From Zancudomyces culisetae HAW-14-8 (lineage: Eukaryota > Fungi > Kickxellomycota), in contig JBNJNM010000012.1 of the NCBI GenBank assembly GCA_052426225.1, forward strand, positions 124,001-188,000: a DNA stretch of 64,000 nt, read 5' to 3'. Position numbers and translations under genes: made by a program. Positions 9,870 through 21,815 of the stretch are shown in pieces. Every line of letters starts with the position of its first letter. Position 1 is the first letter of the stretch. The notes beneath the pieces were generated by a model. That model made no database searches, had not been told where the DNA came from, and saw only the letters and a program-made list of their open reading frames with translations.

Positions 9870-11900
9870 TGGAGTTGCATTGCAAGGCATATAATGCAAG
9901 AGTTAATCGTGGAAAAACATTAGATATCAGCATCGGAAAAATATCTGTCATTGATGGGTTTTACTCTGTGTTGGATAAGGTAGCAAATTTTAGATATTTA
10001 TGGATCACTTTCAACATATATGGAATCAATAAAAAATCATGGAGGATAAGTTCTTTCGGATATAGATGCAAAGGCTAAAATAATTAGCAAGAGGCATCTA
10101 TCAATATCCGGCAAGATTTTGCTAACTATTTCTTTAAACTTTCTAAGGTTTGGTCAGTGCCCAGGTCATACCGTTTGGAAAACTCTTTAGAGACAAACTC
10201 AAAAGTTTAGTCAAAAATTTTATTTGGAACGGAAAAAAATCAAGAATTGGTATCGAAAAACTAGAACTATGTCATGAATATGACACGATAAATTTTGAAT
10301 TAGTATTATTACAATATTAATCAAAACACTTATTTTAATTGAATCATTTTGTTGTCTGATTCATTATAAAGTAATGAAATAAAAACAAAACCAAAATTAT
10401 AATTAAAATATTAATTTTTCATTAGTTAATTATAATAATAGTACATTTTTTTATATGTAATATAATTGATATATAAAGTAAAAATTTTCTGGTATGAAAT
10501 TCTTTACAATGTGTATTATCTTATATAAATAAAATATTTTATAGCAACAATAGTACCTAGTGTCAATCGTGACAAACTCCCAGTTGACCTGGGTGGTTGA
10601 GGATTAATTCCCATTGATTTCCAGTTGCATTCTTTAATTATATATAGGAATTTGATTTATTTCGAGGTTAATAGATAATACCAATACGGAAATTAATGTG
10701 GCAAGAAATAGCATAAATCAATTTTTAACTATTAACTCAAATAATATCATAGCGGTGAAATTATGTACTCAGACGCTTATTTTGGTGAAAACTGACTCAA
10801 AATGTGCCAAAAAAGGATTATATGGGTCAAAATTGATATTTATACGATGAATTCATTAATATTGATATTACAAACGTTAAAAATTGGGAATTTATTGAAT
10901 AAAAAATTCTAAGCTTTAATTTTGATAAGGATTTGATTGATATATCTGTACAAAAATGAAAATTATTATATTAAAGCAATTGATAATAAATGTATCCGAT
11001 TTCTACGGTAATTGTAAAAAAATTCGAGTAATGATGATATATTAAAATATTCAATTGAAATTGGATCGAAATCAAAAAAATTATATTTAAGTAATATCGA
11101 TGAACAAAATTTTTTTGAGACGGAAAATAGTGCAAAACTCACCAGTATACCAAAAAGGAAAACTATCCATTTTTGACAGTGTAGAATGGTCCTACACAAC
11201 AATAATGGCACGGCGATACCTAGAGGGTCAATTTATAGTAACAGAACAGAGACCAAAAATGGAACCAAACTACAAGAAAATAGAAATAGAAGGCTGCAGC
11301 CTAGAAGACTTTAGTTGTAAACGACTTTGCAATTTGAATGTACAGCCAAAAATTAAAAGTTTCTTAAGGCTAATGTACCAAGGTGGAATTATAACAGGGA
11401 AAGATATAGAAACATGGAACAGAATTGCGGAAAAATATATGGCGATAGTCGCTGTAGCTTTTGTAAGATGGACGATACAGACTACAAACATATGTTGTAG
11501 GACTGTAATTGAATGCAATTATACTGGAATAATATTATATATTTTATTGAAGACAGAAACGCAAAATCAACAGAAAACGCAACAGAAAACAGTACAGAAA
11601 ACAAGATAGCTATACAAGATATTTATAATATGTTTAATAAATATAAAGGAAAAATACCTGGAAGGACAACTCTACACGCTTTAGCCATATGGAACATTTA
11701 GCGCGCGCGTACCGCGAGCTCGTGTCGAATGTCAACCTTAACGGAACTGAATTAAATCATTGTTTTATCTGAATGCTTCGAGAAAAAATCAACCAAGACT
11801 ACAAGTACCAAACGCTCAATAGATTCAAACGAACATGGCTCAAGGTCAAATGTTCGTGGTTTTCTATCGAGCCAGGAGAGGAGAGCCAAGTCGATGAGTA
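9870..11900 (+). mobile_element. L1/Tx1-like LINE ORF2 remnant (RT C-terminus to zf-RVT), degenerate
   Basis: FRYL(W/G), RHLSISGKILL, KNFIWNGKKSRI, LELPVDLGG*GL (after removing the 10270-10574 insertion), PKIKSFL, C-x2-C...H-x4-C and ALAIWNI*RAR. Confidence 0.8.
10270..10574 (-). mobile_element. Hairpin-ended TG...CA insertion (305 bp), opposite orientation, inside the LINE ORF2
   Basis: Ends TGTCATGAATATGACA and TGTCAATCGTGACA. Flanks AACTA/AACTC. Excision restores the LINE reading frame. The minus-strand start TGTCACGATTGACACTA resembles TGTCAGGACTTGACACTA at 1535. Confidence 0.8.
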
Positions 11901-12830
11901 GTCGAGATCGTTCCTTTTTAATTTTTAACCTATATTGATCATATTAAGTATATATTTGTCAAGGTCTGAACTTGTATAAATTATATTTATAATTAAACTG
12001 GACTACAAGTGAATCAACTAAACGAAACTAAACATGTTGTAAAACGTTCGTTCTATCATTACAATTGCATAGCTTATTTACTTTATATGATGTGACGATA
12101 ATGTTAAAATTTAACTAAAATTAAATCATATCTAAAACATTAATTTAAACATTGAAATTAATAATGTGGAGGTCGGTAAATGTAATGTAATTATTTAAAA
12201 TTAAAATATATTATTATGAGAAATTGAAAAGTTTGGTAAAATTTTTAGTTAGGATAATGATATAAACTAAATAAAATTTATTGCATTTATAATTATACAT
12301 GAACATTTTCAAAAAAAAAATTAAAAAAATATATTATATATTTTGGGTAAATAGATGATTATTATTGGCTGTTAAATTTTCTCTCCTTAAACTTGTATTT
12401 AAAGTTTTATTTATCCTACTGGTCAAGTTGGGGTTGAAAATTATGTGATATGTAATTGAATCACGTGTCGATTCTGACAATAACCTGAATCATTTTATGA
12501 TTATACTAAAAACTTCAGGAACAACTAGAGTATAAATTGGTTTATATTTAGTTTTATAAGATCATTTAATTTATTTAATCATAAATAATGGATGGTGAAC
12601 GTAAGGAGAAAAATTAATCTAAATATAAAAAACGGCGGAAGTAGGATTATTTTTGAAAAGAAAAAGCGAGGTAATTGAAAAATAAAAAACTATTAACACA
12701 AAGGAAATACAAAAGAAAAAAAAGTTATACACTGATCTAGACTACGTAAATACTTACCTTCAAGGATTATTTGCGGGACGTACTATTATAGTCGTAATCA
12801 CAATTATAGTTTTATTGATTGCTAGGTTTC

Positions 12831-14276
12831 TCTCAGGACCTGACACTAAGTACTATATTATAACTTGTTAGAACTAGATATATTTTATTAATAACTTGAT
12901 TTAAGAATAATATTAACTTTATTAAACTAAAGAGAATATTTTTCACTGACGATTTCCACAACGAAATTCGTTGGGTTTATATACTTTTTTGTCAGCGAAA
13001 ATTTCATGAAAAAAACCAAGGTCGCAAGACATTGTTTATCAAAGAAAAAATAATTTCTTACTTCGATAAACATACAAGGAGTTTGACCCTTGATTAGTTT
13101 CATGATTTTCAATGTTGGGGTTTAGTTCAACATTGGGTTGTTTTGGTTTATGTAAAATAAATACTATGGAATGCAAATATTTTATTGCTAAAGGTCACCT
13201 TAGCAATAAAATCCTTTCAATTATATAATTTACCTTAACAAAATTTTAAAACGGAAAATACAACTTAATCAAAATGTACTAGAGAATGTTCAAACTAAAA
13301 CATCGTTAATATTTTAACTGCTATATTTTTTTGAATTGCAGCTATTGAAACATTCTCCACAAAGGGTAAAATGTTTAATAAATTTTTTACAAATAATTCA
13401 TATGAGAATGAATATTTGAGAATAAATTTAATTTGCGGAGAGAATGTTAAATAAATTTAAGCATTTACTATTTTTAAGTGAAATTAAAAATAGCAGTTAT
13501 ATAACAGTATCGAGTTGGACTGGATCGATAGAAAATTCGCTTTGTAAAATCTGTAAAAAAAACGAAACCGAAACTATCAAACACGCCTCTTTGACTGTAG
13601 TAGAATCAAGTGTTTTTGGAATAATTTTTTTTCCCTTTTAATTTCCATTCTAAAAAAAAAACATTCATTGAACAATCAACCTTGAAAAAAATCAGGAAAA
13701 TTGAAAAAATCGACTTCAATTGGGAAGAAATTATGTCTGGATGCAACAAAATTAGGCACCGTATTAAAGACATAAAATTATTTAGCATCAGCCATCTGGA
13801 ATATATACAGAGCGAAAACTGAGGCGCACTATCAGAAAAAAACTACAACGCATTTTAACTATTATTTAGATGGAAAGAATACATGCGGATGTACTACAAA
13901 GTATACAACAAAATCAATGATGAGGAGTAAAACCTGTTTGAATTTGAACCTGATTGACCAAAAAAATAATGTCACTCCAACATTTTATAAATCTCCTATC
14001 AATTTTCAATTTTTTCAACAATTCTCCATCAACAATCTCCTCAAACACAAATAACAATAATAATAACCACAGATCCTCGAAACGAATTTTTTATCTACCA
14101 AGAATTTCTCAACTATTTCCAGGATACACTCCCTATGAACAGATTTTTGATTTAGTTACACTTACTTACTAGTATTTCTTTTTATTTGATTTTTTTGTTC
14201 AGGACACTAATAAACTCTATCTAAAATAAAAATAAAATAAAAAAAAATAGCAGTTATGACATGATAAATCATGACA
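12831..14276 (+). mobile_element. Composite hairpin-ended insertion with candidate TSD GTTTC, containing further nested fragments
   Basis: GTTTC at 12826-12830 and 14277-14281. Left end TCTCAGGACCTGACACTAA; right end AAAAATAGCAGTTATGACATGATAAATCATGACA. Interior 13150-13506 is colinear with 1940-2256. Confidence 0.55.
13510..13950 (+). mobile_element. Second L1-like ORF2 3' fragment (zf-RVT region)
   Basis: CKICKKNETETIKH...DC...FWN and AIWNIYRAKTEA motifs across frameshifts. Confidence 0.65.
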
Positions 14277-14881
14277 GTTTCGAACTATGGAAGATCAAAC
14301 CATCCATCGCTCCTTGATAGCAATAATTTCTTTGCCTTACTCGAACACACTTACGGAGATCCTAACTCTACCTGGAAAGCCCAGATGAGACTGTCGAAAA
14401 TGAGACAAGGGACTTCAAACTGCCCAACATACTCGACACATTTTAAAAGCATTGCACTAGAAGCGGATTTCAATGAAGCAGCTCTAATCAAGTTATTCTA
14501 TGACGGGCTCAACGACGAGATAAAAGACACGCTCGCCACAATGGATCGAATCCCAGGTGATTTTGAGTTATACACCGCATTGTGTATCAGAATCGACAAC
14601 CGAATAGCCCAAAGAAGAACCGAAAAACTCAGGAGAGAACCTTGGATTCCGAATAAATCCTTCTCAAGACGAGATACTGACAGTATGGACATCGACCTAA
14701 TTGGAACCAAAAGACTTACAGAATCAGAAAGAGACCACCGTAAGTACAACAAGTTATGTTTTTACTGTGCAAACCCCAATCACTCCCTGAAAGAGTGTCC
14801 TCGGAAGGCCAGACAACTCAAGAAAATGTTCAAAAAGTCTATTTACCAGCCAGACTCTCCAATCCCAGAAAAGTTTAAGCC

Positions 14882-14921
14882 AAAAAACAAATCGAATCTT
14901 CAGGAATGAGGGAACTGAAGA
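14882..14921 (+). promoter_or_regulatory. Candidate -1 programmed ribosomal frameshift signal at the gag-pol junction
   Basis: In-frame A AAA AAC heptamer (14882-14888), 8-nt spacer, then stem TCTTCAG/CTGAAGA (14897-14903/14915-14921). The -1 frame is open into the protease ORF. Confidence 0.7.
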
Positions 14922-17038
14922 ACTACAATGCTTCAAATTTTATTAGTAGTTTATTTATAAAGAATAGTACCATAAAAAGTAGAAAATTAAATAATTCAAA
15001 AAACAAGTTTTTTATTAATATTAGTTTAAACAATAATAAAGATAATCATACATATGCACTGATTGACTCAGGAGCATCAGTAAACTTCATTAATCTTGAT
15101 TTTGCGATACATAACAAAATCAAAATGATCAGGAAAACCTATCCTAGTAGATTATTAATAGCAGATAATAGTAATTCTAGAGAAGGATTAATCACACATG
15201 ATTCAACGAGGTTACCAATAATGATAAATACTTTTCAGGAAAAAATCAGCTTTAACTTAGTTAAAAATCTCAGCAACCCTATAATTCTCGGATTACCATG
15301 GTTACGTACAAACAATCCACAAATCAATTGGGAGAACCTCACCCTACAGTTAATAAGACCTGAACCTGTAGAGGAAATCAATAAAGCAACCTGTACACCC
15401 GAACCTGAGTTAAGCCTACCCTCTAAGTACAAGGACTATCGTGATGTTTTTTCAAAGAATAACTCGGACACACTACCGGAACTAAAACCCTAAAATTGCG
15501 AAATTCCAAACAAGACAAAGATAAAATACAACCGTTCAAACCAATCTACAACCTATCTGGACCAGAACTAAAAGCTCTTGAAGAATACATCAAAGAAAAC
15601 CTCCAAAAGGGTTATATCAGACCAAGCAAATCACCTGCAGGTGCACCAATATTTTTTGTGAACAAGAAAGATGGAGGGCTAAGACCGTGTGTGGACTACC
15701 GAGAACTCAATGAAATCACAGTCAAAAATAGATATCCGCTTCCACTTATCACAGAACTTCTAGATCGCTTATCATCAGCTAGAATATTCACCAAGATCGA
15801 TCTCAGGGGAGCCTACAATCTTGTTAGAATGAAGCCAGGTGAGGAATGGAAAACAGCATTCAGGTCTAGATACGGTCACTTTGAATACTTAGTAATGCCT
15901 TTCGGTCTTACAAATGCTCCTGCGATATTCCAACACATGATGAACGACATTTTTCGTGACATGCTTGATATCTCGGTGATAATTTATCTTGATGATATTT
16001 TAATCTTCTGACCAGATCAAGATACCCATACAAAACATGTCAAAGACGTACTAGTTCGGCTCCGGCAGCATGGACTATACGCCAAACTCGAGAAAAGTCT
16101 ATTTGATCAGAAATCGGTCGAATTCATAGGCTTTGTCGTATCTGATAAAGGAATATCTATGAGCAAAGACAAAGTAATCAGTATCCTAGATTGGGAGACG
16201 CCAAAGAATGTAAAAGATGTCATGAGTTTTCTAGGATTTGCAAACTTTTACAGAAGATTTATCAGGGACTACTCCAAAGTAGCAAAACCACTTACTAATC
16301 TCACCAAAAAGGACATCAAATTTGAATGGTCAGGAGAATGCAATACCGCTTTCAAAACCCTAAAGAACCTGATAACATCAGCTCCAATACTACATCATGT
16401 CGATCCCAATCTACCGTTCACTCTAGAGACCGACGCTTCAGATTTTGCAATCGGAGCAGTTCTGACACAACCAGATCCAGAATCTAACGACAAACAACAT
16501 CCTGTAGCATTTTACTCCAGGAAGCTGGTAGACGCAGAAGTGAACTACGACGTTCATGACAAAGAACTTTTAGCCATTTTTGACTCACTCAAGCATAGGA
16601 GACACTACCTATCAGGCGCAATTCACCCTATATCTATTTATTCCGATCATCGGAACCTAACCTTTTTCAGGTCAAAACGCATATTAAAACAAAGACATGC
16701 CAGATGGGCTGGTACCCTATCTGAGAATGACTTCAAACTTTGCTACAGACCAGGAGCTTTAAACCCTGTAGTAGATGCCTTGAGTCGGAGGACCGACTTG
16801 CTTCCTAAGGAGGGGGAACCCTACGCAAACCCACAAAAGTTTGAATCCACACTTCTCCCGCACAAATTATGGATAAATCAGGTCCAAATTCAAAACGTCC
16901 GGATCAGAGAAATCAAGTCAGAATCAGAGAAATTGGAAATTCTAAAGGCCAGACATGATGCAGTTACCGCTAGACATCCAGGACAGTTCAAGACATATAA
17001 TCTAATTGCCAAAGACTTTTACTGGAAAGGAATGAGAC

Positions 17039-17175
17039 TGTACAGAACGAGATTTATTGAATAAACAAGTTGTAATTCTTAGAGAATTACAACGAAGCAT
17101 AAACGAAATGATTAAATAAGATAAAATATGAAGATTAATTATGGGTATTAAGAAGTAATATTATTGGCTATAACA
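17039..17175 (-). mobile_element. 137-bp solo LTR of family B inserted in the integrase of element C
   Basis: TG...CA ends and a perfect TSD GAGAC (17034-17038, 17176-17180). Removal restores KGMRQYINNYIKGCDTCQR. Confidence 0.95.
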
Positions 17176-18554
17176 GAGACAGTATATCAACAACTACATC
17201 AAAGGATGTGATACCTGTCAAAGAACCAAGCACTCCAGACACAAGCCTTATGGACTACTCACCCCGTTACCAATTCCAGAACGCCCATGGCAATTTACAT
17301 CCATTGACTTTATAGTCAAACTCCCATGCTCAAATAACTTTGACTCTATCTTAGTTGTCGTCTGTAGACTAACTAAACAAGCACACTTCATTGCTTGCAA
17401 TGAATCCATAGTTGCCGCAAAGACTGCCAAGCTATATTTAGACAACATCTTTAAACATCACGGACTCCCAGAAGAGATAGCCTCAGACATAGGGCCACAG
17501 TTTAGATCCGCATTCTGGCAATCATTGACAAAAATATTAGGAATCAAATCTAATCTTACTACAGCATACCACCCAGAAGCAAATGGTCAGGTTGAACGCG
17601 TAAATCAAACACTTGAACAGTATCTAAGATGTTACACAACTTATAATCAGGACAATTGGGCTGAACTACTACCACTTGCAGAGTTTGCCTATAACAACTC
17701 AACAAACAATAGCACCAAGCATACTCCATTTTATGCTAACTCAGGCTACCATCCAAAAGCAGATCTTTTGAAGCTAAACAACTTCAGCACAAATGTACCT
17801 TCGTTGGAACAGAGACTAAGTACAATCAAGAAAATTGGAAACAATCAAGGATAACCTAAAAAACGCGCAGGACGCCGCCAAGAATTATTCAAACACGAAA
17901 CGTAAAGATCAGGAATTCAAGGTTGACGACATTGTATGGTTACTCAGAAAAAACATCAAAACCACAAGACCATCAAGCAAACTGGACTACCAAAGGCTAG
18001 GGCCTTTCAGGATATCAGATAAGATTAATCAGGTAGCTTACAAACTAGATCTTCCAGACACTATGAAATCTCATAATGTATACCATGTCTCCCTATTGGA
18101 AAGATACTACAAGCCGACCATACCAGGACAGACACAAAGACCGCCAGAACCAATCATTGTTGATGATAATGAAGAATGGGAAGTAGATCAGATCCTAGAC
18201 AGAAAAATCAAAGAAAAAACCAAGTATTACCTTATCAAGTGGAAAGGTTTCAATGATAATGACAACACATGGGAACCAGAAGAAAACCTAGTAAACAGTC
18301 AGGAGTTATTAAACAATTTTGAAGACAGTCAGAAACAAACTCATCTCGCAGAGCTCAATCTTAAAGAGGAGGATGATGTTATGAATAGAACGTAGTAATA
18401 TAATTTATTTTTAATTAATTTTATTTCTATTTTAGTTAAATTAAATTAGTAAGTTGAATTTCCATTTTAGCAAAGATAAATAAATTGATTTAGGTAATCA
18501 TGAAATTAATTTAGAACCAATTCGATTTTAAAGTAACTGTTATTATTTTACATA

Positions 18555-20273
18555 CAGTGACTAAAAAAATTGTCAAAAGTTTTTGATGTTCATTATAAAA
18601 TTATTTTATCTCACGAATACTAATATATATCACTCTAAATTTGTCAAATATTATACATTCATAGACCATGTATTACCTATCAAATTTTTAGATTACTTGA
18701 ACCACCGATCAGCTGTAGTTATACTTTTTGTATAAATATTTTATTTGAACAATTTTTTTGCTAATAATAAAAAAATTATAAACATAATTAAACTATTATT
18801 TAGTATATCAACCCCTGGCTTTCAATAAGCATTAATTCTTGTTGGCATGCTACTGCTTTGCGACGTACACTCGTCACGTGTTATCATATTCCACTCGTCT
18901 TGTACGCGGTCCCAAAGTTCGTTTATCCCTTTTGGTGCATTTTCGTGATTTGACAGCCGTCTTTTCAAATTTACCCATAGACGTTCAATTGGATTTAGGT
19001 CAGGTGACTGCGCTGGTCAGTCAAGCGCTGAATTGAGTTAGTTTGCAACCAGGCTTTTGTGATTTTAGCGGTGTGTTTTGGATCGATATCATGCTCAAAA
19101 GTTGTACTTTCCCTGTCTAAGCCGCATCACTTCATTGATTTTACCAGTTCATCTTCAAGAATATCACAGTACAATTCTGCATTAAGTCCGCAATCAATTT
19201 TAGTAATATATCCTGGGCCTTCTGAAGTCATGCATCCCCATATCATGATAGAACCTCCACCATGTTTTATAGTTTTTTTAACATGGTTCGGTTTTAACTG
19301 GCTCCGTTGTTTTTTTCAGCACCACATGCGCCCATCTGACCCAAATCTGTTAATTTTAGTCTCGAAGACCATATCACACGTTTCCAGTCTTCTACAGTCT
19401 AATGCTGATATTTTTTAACAAATGCAAGTCGTTGTTTAATATGGCCTAATTTTAGCATAGGTTTTTTGACCATAGGTTTTGTACTTAACCACTGTTTTCA
19501 TGCTATTCCGCACTGTTTGAGGAACCACAGATACGAGGCCATTATCCTTGAGAAATTTTGTAGTGTCTGTCACTGTATCAAATTTTCCAGACGTAATTTT
19601 CCGAATTAATAATCTCTCACTTTGTCAGGAAATTAATTTATTTAAGTTGGTAAACTTAATTTTTCCAAGTTAGGATTCAAAGGTAATTAAATATGACTAA
19701 AAATTAATGTTAAAACCTATGGGTAATTCAAGCGTATCTGACACATTTGCTTTTGTCAATTTATTTGGGTTGCCAATAATTATATTTTTATTGTATAAAC
19801 GATAATTTTTATTTTGATAGATATTGTCCTTATACAAATAGATAGTTTAGAAGCAATTAGGTATATGAGTATCCATTATCTAGCAGATTTATATTACACC
19901 AATATTTTTCATTTTTGAGTATTTTTACCGTATTTAAGTTGACCAATAATACATAATTTATTTACTTTAAATTATTGTTTTATAATCTTAGTTTTATTTA
20001 GTATTTTACAAATATTATATCATCAATTAATATGAAAAAGTTTTTAACTAAATTGTAAACATAATTTAACAACATAAATATAGTTCAAATAAAAATTTTA
20101 TTCAAATGTTCAACTACAGTTGGTTGGCTTATTCATTTCAAATAATTTGATGGTTTATACTTGGTATTCGGCTGTATAATAAATGTTAAATTATTATTGA
20201 TCTATTATTTATTGTCAGATATAATATTTTATTAATGAACATCAATAACTTTGAACAATTCTTTGAGTCAATG
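18555..20273 (-). mobile_element. Tc1-family (DD34E) DNA transposon, degenerate, with long TIRs
   Basis: TA on both sides (18553-54, 20274-75). Diverged inverted repeats at ~18555-18750 and ~20083-20273. Transposase remnants KHGGGSIMIWGC, HDIDPKH...P-A-Q-S-P-D-L-N-P-I-E, with 34 residues from D to E after one frameshift correction. Confidence 0.88.
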
Positions 20274-21815
20274 TATAAAACATTAGAAACCCAAACTATA
20301 AGTTTTTCATTAAGTAGTTAAATACTTCATATTTATTATCTTTACTTTGGATTTATTAGTATGATTAAATTAATAGTATTATCATAATACAATAGATGTA
20401 TATAACTATTTCTAATGTTTAGACATTTGTATTAATTCTGTATATTTTTTTACATAATTTTATGTTGCAGTATCAAAATCGAAATATTAAAAAATATTTG
20501 CTTTATAATTTTTGATAACTATACCTATTTCTGGTTAGGTACTTTAGTACTGGCTCATTGTCGACCCAAAGACAGGGAACCTTAGATAATTTCTAATCTT
20601 AGTTTGCCATACTTTCATTCTTCCGTTTTAAAAGATAGTCTTTTATTTGTAAAATGTTTTTTCGCATCTTCAGAGTTAGTATCTACAGGTATTCGTTTAG
20701 CTTACTATATTTATAAAGGTTATGTGTTTTATTTGGGTATCTGGTCGACTCTTGTGTAAGTAATCTTTTCTGTATTTGAGGCAATACTTTTAGTGTATCT
20801 ACATTAATGTAGCTTGGTTATGCTGATCTCACATTAGATGATATCGTTACTTCTTTGTTTTGAATTCCGTGAATTATTTTTGGCACTTCAAATTTCCGGG
20901 TACAATGTCTACTATTGCCTTTAATATTTCTTTTCTCAATCCGTTTATATATAAATACGTTTTATTCCATCCTTTTCAAAAGTTACTGATACTACAATTA
21001 GTTAACCTGCTTATAATTCCTGCACATACCCTGCTTGTTTTAAATTCTGCAATTTTTGTTTAAATGCGGATGCAAAGTTTCTATAAATATTTTTAATTTT
21101 TTTATCTCTTCAATTTTAAGCTCTTCATTTTCAAACTCTGTGTATTAAAGCCCTATCTAATCACGCTTTACCTTCGATGCAAGTTAAAATTAGTTTTGCT
21201 CTTTGGTCTTCCTTTCTATTCCTGCAGCGTCCAGAGCTCTTGATGTTGTCTTTACCCAGCGTTTTAAATATAAGTACATTACTTCACTGTGGAACAATTT
21301 AATGTTTACAAGACTGTTGTTAGCTACTTTTGGTAAATTAATTGACATTTTGTAAGGGAGTATTACCAATATAGTAAATGACCACGTGTTGAATATGACT
21401 AGAACTGAGTTATCTTTCACTTTATCACAATGATGTTTCTGCTAAGCTATCATCAGTTAACTTTCATATTTATATTTATATACACAGTTCCGTATTCCCC
21501 ATCCTTGTTGTTCTCACAGAGATCCTTTTCTGTGGTTATCCCTAGTTAGTGATATATATTTTTAGTAAGTATTTATGTTACAATTTGATTTTTGTCCTTA
21601 ATATTATATTTTACTTTATAAACTAGTTATATGTACATTTTAGTTAAAAAAATCAATTTAAATCATTTTCGTATTCATTCCATTATTATTGGCTTATTAA
21701 ATTTTAGTGTTTTCAAAACAAAAGAATCATAAATCAAACAAATCTTGGATAATGTTGAGGTTATAAAAATTCATAAAATAATTGTATATAATGTAACTAA
21801 TAGTACTATATAAAC

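Larger units (their letters stand above)
14277..18510 (+). mobile_element. Near-complete Ty3/gypsy chromovirus C (5'-truncated gag, PR, RT, RNase H, IN, chromodomain, PPT, 3' LTR), inactivated
   Basis: Gag knuckle CFYCANPNHSLKEC; PR LIDSGAS; [10 protein letters not shown]...YLDD; RH ETDASDFAIG; IN; chromodomain YLIKWKGF..NTWEP. PPT AAAGAGGAGGATGA at 18363-18376, then TGTTATGA at 18377. Stops or frameshifts near 15492, 16010 and 17835. The 3' LTR end is uncertain. Confidence 0.93.

Noticed and set aside
1229-19030. In-frame TGA codons as possible selenocysteine (some early-diverging fungi use Sec)
   Set aside because: All lie in decayed TE ORFs at Trp/Arg/Ser/Leu positions alongside frameshifts. 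No host gene here has an in-frame TGA and I saw no SECIS.
20500-21540. Further degenerate TE coding remnant
   Set aside because: Slightly coding-like composition but no motif I can identify.
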